Source: the human T2T-CHM13v2.0 reference genome, Homo sapiens. Taken from it: a DNA stretch of 64,000 nt. Below the pieces are notes generated by a model. That model searched no databases and was not told the origin of the DNA. It saw nothing but the letters and a program-made list of their open reading frames with translations. Location: the NCBI RefSeq assembly GCF_009914755.1, contig NC_060932.1; one strand, given 5' to 3'. This document shows, in pieces, positions 25,866 to 39,851 of the stretch. The position numbers and the translations under genes are program-made. The first letter of the stretch is position 1; each line of letters opens with the position of its first letter.

Positions 25866-26339
25866 AGAACCACTGAGCTAGGTGAATCAGAAAGAGGCAG
25901 AGAGAACAGCTTGAGCATCCACAGAAGGGAGGGTGTTGGGGTGGCTGGAAGCTGCCTAAAATTGCCAGAACATGAAGTGGGAGGTGGGGAACTCAGGCAG
26001 TTATTGATTTTGCAGGAAAAATGTATACTACACTTCTCACATTTCCCTCAAGAGCAAAAAACTTCTACTTCTTGGGAAGAAAAACAGGATTCATCTGCCA
26101 AGTGACACTGGGACAAAGAACCATACAATTGCAGCTCAGTCCCTGGTGGGTTCTCTCTCTTTCTTCCATGAAGGGGGCAGGGCAGGCTTGCTCTGTCTGT
26201 CACGTGGCAAGCAGTCTGCCTTCATTGGCTGACACCAGTGTCAGCTCTGCCTGAGACTGGGTGGAGAGGGTTGAGGAACTGGTCAAATATTGAAGAAAAA
26301 AACTGATGTTAGAGAATAATAAAGCTGATAATAGATATC

Positions 26340-27060
26340 CATATCTCTCACTTGTTTTCAAAACTTGGGATACAAAGGAAAGATATTATATGTCTACACA
26401 CCCAAATCTCATCAGTTAGCAAGAGGAGAGACCACCTGATGGGCCAAGCATGGAGTGAAAGATTCCAGGCTGTATTTGGAAAATCAGCAAGAGAACAGGA
26501 AAATGATTCCTACAACAATGTAGAGTTTGTGCGAAAGACACTTCTTCCAAATTATGTCAGCATCATTGAGTTACTATACCTAATAATAATAATGACTGTT
26601 ATAATCATAACAATGAAAATAATAATAATATCATATTTTATTCAACAGTTTAATGCTAGTATACAAAACCTAGTCAGAGGCAGAGACTAACAGATGGTAT
26701 TGGGAAGATTACCAGAATATTGCTAGATATTATGCATTATCACAGTATTACAGACTTAGAGAAAACTATAGCTGGCTTTAAAGTGTCAGTGGAACCTATG
26801 AGTAATTCCAACACTAGAGGGTGGAGACACCAAAGGGAGGCTAAAGGAAGGAGGAGCTAATAATTATGCATGATCTTTATTTTCTTAGTTTTTCCATCAA
26901 CTGGTCATCAGTTTCCTTTATACTTGTGGCTGTCAGAATAGGATCAAGACAGTCACACTAGATAGATTGGTGACTTCTAAACCCAGATTTTCATTAACAT
27001 TTGACGAGGTTATACTCTCTCAGTGTTCATACGTGAGTTTGGAAATACACTTTCCATAAT
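26340..27060 (+). mobile_element. L3/CR1 RT fragment (very degenerate)
   Basis: gattttcattaacatttgacgaggtt resembles the DFSKAFDKV-coding motif; boundaries are uncertain. Confidence 0.45.
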
Positions 27061-27323
27061 GCTCACCTTATTATCATTATTAAAGTGTGAAAAAGATTTA
27101 ATTCTTAACATGAGATCAAAGTGGGAATATGCCACGGTTGTGCTTACTGCTTTGGAAAAATAATGCTAAATTAGTGTTTTACATTAGAACTGCTCTATTC
27201 TTCTGTAGTGACCAGATTATAAAGTTCTAGAGTTGTGCTCTTTAATCTGGTTGACACATATGGACATTGACAATTTCAACTGTGGCTAGTCCAAGGGAGA
27301 TGTGTTAAGTATAAAATACACAC

Positions 27324-27845
27324 TGAGGAAAAACTCAGGCTGCACTTGCACAGATAAACAGGCAGAGTCCAGCACAGAAGCCTCTTGTTCTTTGTTTGAT
27401 TAGCAGGCTTCCAGGAAAAAGTTTCCTTCCCTTTTCAAACATGTACACAATGGGCTCCATGGGAACTTGCATGCGAGGAGGGGGGGTTACCTAAAACAAA
27501 TGCACAGTTATACAAACAAGAGAAGTGGCACTCCGTGCTTGCCTAGCGACATACTCACAACCACATAGATAAGGGGGAGTTGTGCAGACAGCTTTTCAGG
27601 TAAGAGAAATTACTCTAACAGCTACAGAGATGAAAGGAGTTTCTTATAAAAGCTTTTGAATTCCAGGGTAAAAATGGCACCCAGTTGGGCTCCCCTCTCC
27701 ACTGTGAAGAGCTTTTTCCTTTTGCTTATTAAACTTTCTCTCAAACCTCACCCTTTGTGTCCACCCTCCTTAATTCTCTTGGTCATGAGTTGACGAGTTT
27801 GGATAACATCTTAGACAATGAGACTGGTGACCCTGACCTGTTTCC
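27324..27845 (+). mobile_element. ERV1-type LTR, subfamily not determined
   Basis: TATA-like ttataaaa, attaaa poly(A) signal, and an ERV1-like R/U5 (ctccttaattctcttggtcatgag). Confidence 0.75.
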
Positions 27846-27964
27846 GTAACATTTAATATATGGATACTTTGAGTTAAATACAATATGCTAGTGAAAATTT
27901 ACTTTTTTTTTTTTTTACTTTTTAAAAATATGGCTGTTAGAAAATTTAAAATTATTTATATGGC

Positions 27965-28459
27965 TATAGGAGAGAAAAATAATACCTTTTTTTCACTCAT
28001 CTCAAGGTTCATGGCTGACACTCCTATAACTGAAGATGAATTAACAGGAGAAAAACATAACACATTTATTTAAGCAAAGTTTTAGGTGACACAGAAGCCT
28101 TCAGAAATGAAGACCTAATGACACATGAAAAACTTATTTTTATTCTTAGGTTTGATGAAGAATAGACAGCTGTTTATAAGCATGATTGAATAAAAGGGTG
28201 CGGTCTAACAATAATAAACCGAGGGAAGTCAGCAAGGCTTGTTGTTTTCAGGTTTTTATTGGCCTGTGTCTTTATTCCTTCCCTCTGGGTATAGGGGGGG
28301 AATGTTTCACGTGAAAGTCTTATGGTCTTATGACCAGCTTTCAGGGGAGGAAGGTCAGGTAATTCCTTCATGGCGAGCTCTCAAAAAGAAGGGTGGGAGA
28401 AGGTCAGAGAATGACATCTACTGTGCCACATTTTGAGGTAGTGTCTCTTAGCCCCAACA
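27965..28459 (-). mobile_element. MER34-family (ERV1) solo LTR
   Basis: Reverse strand starts tgttggggct..; contains aaggttcatggctga and gccttcagaaatgaagacc; 4-bp TSD tggc. Confidence 0.85.
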
Positions 28460-28829
28460 TGGCTCACAGAAATATTTATATATTCTCTTAAATAGCACTG
28501 TTCTAAAGTGGAAATATTTTATTCTGAAAAGATTTTAAACATCATGTCTGTCTACTTAGACATTGCCAGTTTGCCAGAATACTAAAGCACTGTTTTTCAG
28601 TAAGATACCAATAGGATGAGTCCTTGGTGATGACACTCTTCCCCTGACGACCAGGATGAAGGAAAACTAGGAGCCCTGCCCATGTTTAACCAGGTCCTCA
28701 CCTGTCCTTCCTTAGGAAAACTGGCACCACAAAACAATCCACCTTGGAGAACATCAGGACTCACGCCTGGGTGATGATCCTTAGTAATAACTACGTCAAA
28801 ATCCACAAGAATCTGAGCTCTTATGGTCA

Positions 28830-29620
28830 TCATTTCTCCACAGATACCTGCCTCCCTACTGCTCTGAAAATCCCTATTTTATCATCACTTCCTTTCACTA
28901 TCTTTCCAAATGTTTGCACTTTACTATCTGAAAAGCTTAACCTATCGTTAGCAAAGCTCTTTGCTCTAAGGAAATCTGCTTCTTTTTGGAGGGCACTGTT
29001 TTCCCTGCAGCTTTCTCAACAATGTCTGCTTTCTCTTCCACGCCCCCTAGCACCACTGAATGAGGACTTGAAGGAAGTTAATTCCTTATTCTGCATGTTA
29101 CACTCCAAGGCTAGCTCCCCCTACAAGTACCACTTCTTTCAAAAGCCACCCAGGTTTGTAGCTCTTGTCATCACATTGTACTGCTCACTCTTCTTCTTTG
29201 ATGTGGCCACCACTCTATCAACCAGTTCACTCCTCTCATTCTCTGAAGATTTCAGCACAAGGTTCTCTGCCCCTCTTTTCCACATTGCTCTTACCTTAAT
29301 TTTTGGCGATTCCAGTATCCACATAGGTAGTGTAGACCTGACTTTTCATGAACTTCATCTCTTCATTTGCAACAAGGGAATGTCATGGTCATACCCAAGC
29401 CCTATCATTATTTAACTTAACAATTTTCATAATCTCAATATCAAGCATCCCACTTTCTGACCATAGCCTCTATCCTTCCAACTCCCTTATGGTAATAACA
29501 AGTTGTAAAAGTGTTTGATCTCACCATGTCTCAAAATTATTTACACAATCACCTTTACTCTATCCTTCACTCCTTTTATGTCCTTACTTTCCTCTCATCC
29601 AACATGAAGTAAATGGAATA
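28830..29620 (+). mobile_element. L2 endonuclease (APE) domain fossil
   Basis: LIFGDSSIH (GDFNIH motif) in ORF 28744-29415; HGHTQAL (GHTLDL) at 29384 and IPLSDHSL at 29447 in a shifted frame. Confidence 0.78.
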
Positions 29621-32199
29621 TCTTGCATATTCTCCATTTCATCACTTCTTGTTTTATTCATTGTATTGACTCAAAAATGCAATTACTTTTATGCTTTAAC
29701 AACCATATTTTGAGAACCCAATGTCATAATATAATGGGCTATGCATCTCCTGATATCATTATGCTACTTAATTTTAATGGCAACCTGAAGGCAGTTGGAG
29801 GTAGATATTGACATTTCCTTGAGCTCCCAAGACAACATGAAATTGCATTTGCTTCTTTACTTGCTCTTTCTTCGTCCTCTCCCCATTATGGTTTTCACCA
29901 ACCTGAGATATATGAGCTCTTGAAAAGTAGTGACAAGTCCTTTTATGTTAACATTCCAGCAACTAACAGATAGCCTGGAACATATTCAGTGTTTAAGTTT
30001 TCTTGAATGTGTTGGGTTCCAAAAAAGCAGGATTAATTTCTGTAGATCTCCTAAATACACAAAATTACCCTCCATTGTTTTTCTACAAATTCCCAGAGTC
30101 ATCTATCATAAAATTCTAGTACTTAAAGGGACTTCAAAAATAATCTAGCACAACCATTTTATTTCCCAAATCAGAACATGAGATACCGTAGAAGAAACAA
30201 GAGAAAGGGAAATATTTTACACATTACATCTTTTGTTATTCTAATGAATTATATGTCTGTACTGTCAGAAAAATAATATTCATACAAAAACAAGAGCTTA
30301 TTTAATTTTGTTAAAACCATGCTGATCAGGTGACTTCTGAGTAGAATATCTGATTTCAAATTTTGACTATCTCTCATTCTGTATGATAATGAATTTACTC
30401 CTTTGGAATCATTTTACTCATCTGTGAAATGAGAATGATGTTATTTGTATCATCAGTACCTTACTGAGCTATGCTACACATAATAAAGGTAAATAATTGA
30501 GAACAACTGGCTTGATTCATGTGGTCAACACATAACAGATCCTGTCTCCTCTTCCATTATCTCACGCTCATTCACTTCCTCCTTTCTCCTCTGTTTCTAA
30601 TTCCCACCCTTTATCAGACTTGCCAGCTTTCCCCAGGTTAACAAAAAGTCATTGTATATGATGTATTGAGATTATACAAGGAAAACAAAACCTCTAATAA
30701 TCATGTCGCATTCCAGCAAGTGACTTCTAAAACAGATGCCAAGATTCAAGCTCAGAAAAATATTCAGCTGGCAAATGCAAAGAAAGAAAATGTAATATTG
30801 AGGTCAATAAATTCTGCTTTACAAATGAAAATATGCCTTTAAAACTCATTTAATATTTACAAAATTTGTTTATATAGGACTCAAATTCTGCCACACAATA
30901 ATGAAGAATTCATTGATTTCCAATTTTGATTAAATAATATATATATAAAAGAATATGTGTACGATAAAGAGAAATGGCTGTTGCTATTCCCGAACTTGAT
31001 CTTCAAGGAATGACAGTAACCCAGGGACTATACTAAGAATAGAAATAAATTGATGGCTCCCACTATCTTGTAGAGAACTAAAGAAGTTGTATATCTGCAT
31101 GTGCCTGTTTGTACACACAAATGTGCATGTGTTTAGCGTATTCATTCTTGCTCTTTTTTCTTTTCATGGCATTGTCTAGCTACACTATACATTTTCCAAT
31201 GATACATTGCTTAGCCCAAGTTTTGACACAGCTGATTTTGCAAGATTCTCATCAGTCCCTAATTAACAATATTTTTTTCTCTTTGCTTTTTCTTCCCAAC
31301 ATCTATTGCTCTTAAAGTTTCCATTAAGCAAAAAAGAAAATAATTTTGAAGTTGCTGCCAGGTATTTGTTCTCCAAAGCAATGTCCTCCTGGAAATTCTT
31401 ATTCCTCTTCTTTCTTTTCCTTTATGGTCACACCCTTCAAGGCCACCTTGCAAATTTCTTTTTTAGGAAGCTTGTTTCATAATCTTCCAACTGCTGTGGT
31501 CTTCATTTGATCTACTGAGGTGGTTATTTCCTTATATGTTTTGATTTGGGTTGCAGAACTTAAATTCCTATGTAAATTGTCCTTGAATCATGAAGCTTTA
31601 GATACATATCTGGCATGCATACTTTTCCTTGAAGTCTTCCACTAATATTCAATTTGACTTTGTCTCCTCCTGTGTAAGAAATTTCTTACAAAGGAGGACT
31701 TTATCATCTCCTCCTGTGTAAGAAATAACAACTCAGTTATTTCTAACTTACAGGATCTTTCTCATCCTAGCTTGTAGTAAATGTTTGCCTGTCTATTTTA
31801 CATGTTTACGTTTGTATGTCTAATTTGCACTAAACTTTAAGTTGTTTGAGAGGCGAACCAAGCCTTATAGACAGTAGCTTAGAGTGAAAAATGCAGCCAA
31901 ACTAAAACCAGCAAACTCGATTTTGAGTTTTGATTCAGTCACTCATCATGATTCTAGATACTCACACTTTATTAGGGCCTTGTTTCCCTTTTTAGAAAAT
32001 GAACGTATTTCTGTTAGTCTTGCTAAACCATGTCCCTTCACTAACACCTTCTGCTCTAGTGGAGAACAGTAATGCTCTTAAGCTGGGCAAATTTCCTTCT
32101 GACCTAGGAGATTTGTACATAATGAATCCTTATTTCAGGAACACCATTTCCAGAACATTCTGTCCAGAATATTTCAAGAACATTATCACCTGTTGGCCT

Positions 32200-32465
32200 A
32201 GTTATCAGTCTTATTCACCATTAAAAATCTCAGTTCATGAAAAGCCTTTCCTAACTTCCTTCACTGGGTTAACAGGCCGTTTTATATAGGAATTTTAGCA
32301 GGTGTAATTCTATTTTACGGAACTTTTCCAGTTTATGTGAACGTTTGATTTACTTTTTCTTTTAAAAAATTACTGCATGTGTGTTCAACATCATATCCTC
32401 AGAACCTAGCCCAATTCCAGGCACATAGTATTGACTCAATAAGTATTTATTAAGTGATTAGTTAA
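32200..32465 (+). mobile_element. L2 3' end
   Basis: aacctagcccaattccaggcacatagtattgactcaataagtatttat. Confidence 0.7.
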
Positions 32466-32788
32466 GAGTGAAATAGGACAGTTCATAAAACAACATATTA
32501 TAAACTGGGAAAGTCCCTAAAATGTAAAATTTGTTATGATTCATTTTTGAATCATTTGCATTAAAAAGAATATTTATCCAAGAATTCATACAAAATAAAA
32601 TGCATATTTTCTATCCCTAAATTTTCTAATCTATAGGCTGTCTGGTAGCTAGAAGTTGGTCTTTTAGTTCATCCAAGTAACAGTTTGAGAATAGTCACTA
32701 TGTTAGAAACAATATTAGATTCTAGGGTCACAAGGATTCTTACAGAAACAAGTCTCCCTTCAAGATTTTCACAGTCTGGTGAGGATAG

Positions 32789-33139
32789 TGTATTAGTTTG
32801 TTCTCACACTGCTAATGAAGACATACCCAGGACTGGGTAATTTGTAAACGAAAGAGATTTAATTGACTCACAGTTCCACATGACTGGGGAGGCCTCACAA
32901 TCACTGTGGAAAGGGGAAGCAAGATACCGCTTACACGGCAGCAGGCAAGAAAGAGCTTGTGCAAGGGAACTCCCATTTATAAAATCATCAAATCTCATGA
33001 GACTTATTCACTACCACAAGAACAGTATAGGGTAAACTGCCCCATGATTTATTTATCTCTACCTGTCCCCACCCTTGATATATGGGGATTATCATAATTC
33101 AAGGTGAGATTTTCCTGTGGACACAGCCAAACCATATCA
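32789..33139 (-). mobile_element. THE1B/C solo LTR
   Basis: tgtattagt...caaaccatatca; TSD gatag/ggtag. Confidence 0.95.
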
Positions 33140-33419
33140 GGTAGCAAATATATAAAGAAGTTAGGGTTATCATAGGGGCTTAGGTGAAGTTAAGATATGT
33201 AAGCAAATCTGGACTTGAAGAAAAAGGATTGTGTCTGTCTGTGTTAGATATAACTTTAGAGAAAATATGGCTTGAAATCTACTTTATAATAAAAATAATT
33301 TTGGCTTACCCAACGTATAATATATTTGGTGAAGAATAGCAGAAAGAGAGGTTGAAGATATAGTCGTGGAGGTGAAGAAGGGCCATATCCTGAGAGATAA
33401 TATGCTATTAATATGTTGT

Positions 33420-35082
<1,663 letters not shown>

Positions 35083-35084
35083 TG

Positions 35085-35750
35085 CATATAATAAGAATGC
35101 TTTTGGCTGCGAGTAACTGAAAGTTTAACTATGAATGGCTTTAATGAAAGAGAGATACATATTGTTTATTATACTAGGGAGTCCAAAGTTATTAAAGGCT
35201 AAAGAAACAATATATTCAGATCTCTGCCTCTCTTCTTTGTGATTACCTTAGACCTGTGTCCTCCTTAGCATGTTCATTTACTAAGGATGTCGTCTTTTAT
35301 AATCCCAATGTGGCTACCAGCAGCACTTAAAGCAAAATTCTTCCTGCTTATGTCAAAAAAAAAAAACAACACACATACACACAAAATATCTGGTTATCTG
35401 ATCGATATACCTTTACTTTTATTGTTCCATCCTTAATCATACTTACGTTTACTCCTGAGTCCATACTCAGCACTAAAGGATAAGAATAGATGTATTTGTG
35501 TAGATCTTATTTCCTAAATGCAAATGTAATTACCTTCTTGTGGGCATTGTTGATGAGATTAAGCCAGTGTCCCTGGTCACATTGTAGGCCATAGCAATGG
35601 ATTTGTGCTATTTAGAATGATCTGAAATTGGGGAAAAGGTCTGCCTTCCCTGAGACATGTGGGACACAGAGGGTAAACACAGATATTTTAAAAATCATGA
35701 TACTCTTAGGAAGATGATGAGAGATGGAAGTGGTAGGTAAGCAGACATCT
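35085..35750 (-). mobile_element. Old MaLR LTR (MLT1K-N group)
   Basis: aatgcttttggctgcgagtaactgaaa...tggcttta start. Confidence 0.55.
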
Positions 35751-36001
35751 TACTCAGCAAATTAGTGGCAAAGCTACCTCGACTACTCACAGCTTCTAAC
35801 TGCTTGGTGGAAAGTTGAATAAAAAATCTGATTGTGCTAACGACTCAAACAACAAAAGAAGTCCTGTTTAAACCTAGTGAAGAACAATTTTCTACCTCCT
35901 AACAAAATCCTGGATGCCTAATTCTCATTTGAGTATCAAAGAATGAAGAAATAAAAGTGTTGTTGGGTTGTAAATAAAACATTGTATTTTAAAGATGTTG
36001 A

Positions 36002-36282
36002 GGCCGGGCATGGTGGCTCAGGCCTGTAATCCCAGCACTTTGGGAGTTCGAGGAGAGCAGATCACCTGAGGTTAGGGATTCAATACCAGCCTGGCCAACA
36101 GGTGAAACCCTAAAAATTTAGCTGGGTGTGGTTGTGCACACCTGTGAGCCCAGCTACTGGAGAGGCTGAGGCAGGAGAATCACTTGAACCCAGGAAGTGC
36201 AGGTTGCGGTCAGCCAACATTGTGCCACTGCACTCCAGCCTAGGTGACAGAGCAAGACTCCATCTCAAAAAATAAAAAAAAT
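36002..36282 (+). mobile_element. AluSx-like element with a short linker deletion
   Basis: gtgaaaccctaaaaatttagc; TSD taaagatgttga. Confidence 0.95.
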
Positions 36283-37148
36283 AAAGATGTTGAGTTGCAA
36301 ATTATAAGCAGCTGAGAAGGTAGAACTAGAGGGCTTGTGCTGACATATAGATGTAGGTCTTACCTCCAAAATATAGGCTATCATTAAGAGGTTCTTCAGT
36401 GGAGGCAACATATTATTAAATATTTAGAAGATAATATTAATAGAATGTAGATAGCAATTAAATGTTGAAATTTAGATTGTGGGATAATCTAATAAAAAAT
36501 AAAAATATAGTAAAATATAAGTAATGAAAACAGAAAGAAGGGAAAATACAAAACACTTTTGGCACACATATGATATCTAGATATAGATAAGATTATGAAA
36601 AAGAATATTAAACAATAGAATTTGAAGAAGACAAAGGTGAGGATGAAGAAAGAGAAGGTGAAAAAGAATGTGAAGGTGAAGGTGAAGACAAACAAGAAGA
36701 AAGAGAAAGGAATTATCTCAGCAGAAAATACAAGTTTCTCCTAGAAAAGAAAATCTCAGAACAGGACAAATTTTTAACATCTTGTTCCATAATAAAATCA
36801 GGAGACTAAGACGTATATAGCACTTTCGGTGGCATGAGGCCAGTTTGAATTCATTTTCTCAAGCTTGCTAGAAAATTTGCCTTGTTCACTGACTTTTTTT
36901 TCCATTTGCTAATGTTAATTTGTCCATTAGCAACTGCGTTTTCTTTTTAGTACATACAGCAAAAAGGAGCAAAGAAAGCGAGTGAAAATAATCTTTTTGA
37001 CACTACCATTATATTGCCTGAAGTTCCAGGGAGTCAAGGAGATGTGAGCGATCTTCAGCACGGTTCTATAGAAGAATTCAATAATACAGAGGAATGGAAT
37101 CACAGGGTCATACGCTCAGTGTACACTTAACTTTATAATAAATTGCCA

Positions 37149-37228
37149 TTAGTTTGGTGCAAAAGTAATTGCAGTTTTCAACATTGCTTTTAATGGTGAA
37201 AACTGCAATTACTTTTACACCAGCCTAA
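37149..37228. mobile_element. MADE1 (Hsmar1-derived MITE)
   Basis: 80-bp element of two 37-bp inverted arms ttagtttggtgcaaaagtaattgc... / ...gcaattacttttacaccagcctaa, followed by TA. Confidence 0.95.
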
Positions 37229-37799
37229 TAGTTTCTCAGGGTGGCTGTATTATTTACGTTAACAAAAAGCAATGTGTGAACATTGCAATTCTTCTGCATC
37301 TTCATCAGCACTTGTATTGTTGGCCTTAACATTTTAGCCATTCTGGTAGATATACTGTGGTTTTTCATGGTAGTTTCAAATTGCATTTCCCTGATCACCA
37401 ATGATGCTATTTTTAAATATGATTATTGAACATTAGTATAGGTTTTGCTGCAGTGTATGTTTCTGTCTACTTCTTAATTGGATTATTTGTCTTCTAATAA
37501 TTGATTTGAAAGTGTTCTTTATTGATGGTTATGAATTTTTTGTTAGATATATGGATTGTATATGATTTTCTGTATTCTGCAGATTGCCTTCTAACCATGA
37601 CTTTAGAAGGCCTAAATTTTTAAATTTTAAGGAAATACAATTCACAAATTTTTATATGTGTTATGCTTTTACTTTTTCATTTACAGAATTATTTCTCTCC
37701 ACAATATTGCAAATATTTTCTCCTATATTTGCATCTGGAAGTTTTCTAATTATATCTTTTATCTTAGGTCTATAATCCATTTCAAGGTGTTTTCTTTTT

Positions 37800-38068
37800 G
37801 CCTGCAATTCCAGCACTTTGGGAGGCCAAAGCGGGAGGCTCACTTAAGCCTAGGACTTTGAGATAAGCCTGTACAACGCATTGAGAGCCTGTCTCTAAAA
37901 AAAAAAAAAAAATCAAAAAATTAGCCAGCTGTGATGACATGTGTCTATGGTCCCACACTGCTTGTGAGGCTGAGGTAGGAAGATTGCTTGAACCCAGGAG
38001 GTCGAGGGTGCAGTGAGCTGTGATCCACTGCACTCCAGCCTGGGTGACAGAGCTAGACACTATCTTAA
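37800..38068 (+). mobile_element. AluJ lacking ~20 nt at the 5' end and the A-tail
   Basis: AluJ-type diagnostics (agcctagga, ggtcccac, agattgcttga, gaggtcgagg). Confidence 0.92.
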
Positions 38069-38844
38069 TTTTTTTTGTTATTCTGTATGTTGTGAAGTTA
38101 AAAGCTTCAAATTTTCTTTCTCTGTGCAAATATTTAGTTTCTAAACATTTATTTTAAAAACCTCTTATTTCTGCTATTACCATAGCAATTTTGTCAAAAT
38201 CAATTGACCATAAATGTGTCTATTTCTGAAATTTCTATTCTGTTCTCTTGATCAATGTGCCTATCTTAACACCAACACAGCATTATTATTATAATTTAGC
38301 TATATATAGTAAGTCTTGAAACCAGAGAGAGTCTTCTAACTTTATTCTTCTTTTTCAAAATTTTATATTAGTCTATGTTCTTTGCATTTCTACATACATT
38401 TTAAAATCAGCTTGTCCAATTTCACAGAACACTTTGAAAAACTCGACTAGTTTTGATTGAAGCTATATAAAAGAGTGAGGAGAATTGACATTTTAATAAT
38501 TTTGAGTCTTCTAGTTCAAAGCATGATCTATTTTCCATGTGCTTGGGTTTTATGTACCTTCAGCAATGTTTTATAGTTTTGAGTTTCATGTCTTATGTAT
38601 ATTTTGTTAAATTTATCCCAAGTTTTTAAGAATAGAAATTCTATTGTAAAGGGTTGTATTTTCCTTTTAATTCAGTTTTGCATTTATTATTGCTAGTGCA
38701 TAGGAATGCAATATTTTTAGCTTCACTTTGTATTCTGCAATCTTGCCACATTTACTTATTAGTGCTCACAACATTTTGTGTATATGCCTCAGGAGTTACT
38801 ACGTACATCAACATTTTTCCCACCAAGAAAACAAAACTCTTTTG

Positions 38845-38900
38845 CTATCTATCTGTCTGTCTATCTATCTATCTATCTATCTATCTATCCATCTGTCTAT
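38845..38900. repeat. (TCTA/TCTG)n microsatellite
   Basis: Direct inspection. Confidence 0.9.
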
Positions 38901-39437
38901 ATTGTGATAAGAAAACTTAACATAGATCTACTATCTTAAAATTAGTAATATATAATACATTGTTGTTCACCATATGCATAATATTATACAGGAGAACTCT
39001 AGAACTAAATTGTCTTGTATAATTTAATCTTTACACCCATTGAATGACTATTTGACTCTTCTGAGTTTGCATTTTGTGTTTTTTCTTGCTTCATTGCATT
39101 TTCCAGGACTATCAGTATAATATTAAATAAAAATAGTAAAAGATGACTTTTTATATCTAGCTTATAAGGTTATTAGGGAGAAGAAGTTTAATATCTTTCA
39201 TCATAGATTATGTTATCTGAAGGTTTTTTATAAATATCCCTTATCAGGTTTAGGAAGTTTCATTTTATTTCTAGTTTACTGAGGGCTTTTCTAATGGATG
39301 GATGTTAAATTTTGCCAATACTTTTTCTGCATCTTTTGAAAATACTATCTTATTTTGCTCGTTTGTTCTGTTAAAAGAGCAAGTCACATTGATTGATTTT
39401 CAAGTCAAATAAACCTTACATTCCTATGAAAAACTCT

Positions 39438-39851
39438 TGCTATAGTTTGAATGTTCATCCCCTCCAAATCCCACGTTGAAATTTTATCCCTAGTGTTGAA
39501 GGTGAAGCCTAATGGGAAATGTTTTGTTCATGGGGGCAGATTTTTCATAAATAGATTACATTCTCCCCTTGATGGTGGTATGTGAGTGAGTTGTCACTCT
39601 ATTAGTTCTCAAGATAGCTTGTTGTTAAAAATCACCCGGCACCTCCTCTGCTCCCCCTGCTTCCTCTTTTGCTGCATGAGGTCTGCACACCCTGGGTCCC
39701 CTTTGCCTTCCACCATGGGTGGACGCAGCCTGAAGCCTTAACTAGGTACTCAATCTTTCAGGTAGTGGAACTCTGAGCCAAATAAACCATTAAAAAATAA
39801 ATTACACAGCCTCAGGTATTTCTTTATAGTAACATAAAACGGACTAAGACA
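39438..39851 (+). mobile_element. MSTB/C solo LTR
   Basis: tgctatagtttgaatgt...cagcctcaggtattt...ggactaagaca. Confidence 0.9.

Larger units (their letters stand above)
27233..28500 (-). mobile_element. MER33 (hAT-Charlie) split by two LTRs
   Basis: Pieces at 27233-27323, 27846-27964 and 28460-28500 are collinear with MER33; 8-bp TSD ttctagag/ttctaaag. Confidence 0.85.

Noticed and set aside
28744-29415. 223-aa ORF as a protein-coding gene
   Set aside because: TTG start, no exon context, and explained by a decayed L2 endonuclease with altered and frameshifted catalytic motifs
36600-36712. GA-rich stretch giving a Phe/Thr-rich ORF
   Set aside because: Low-complexity purine repeat
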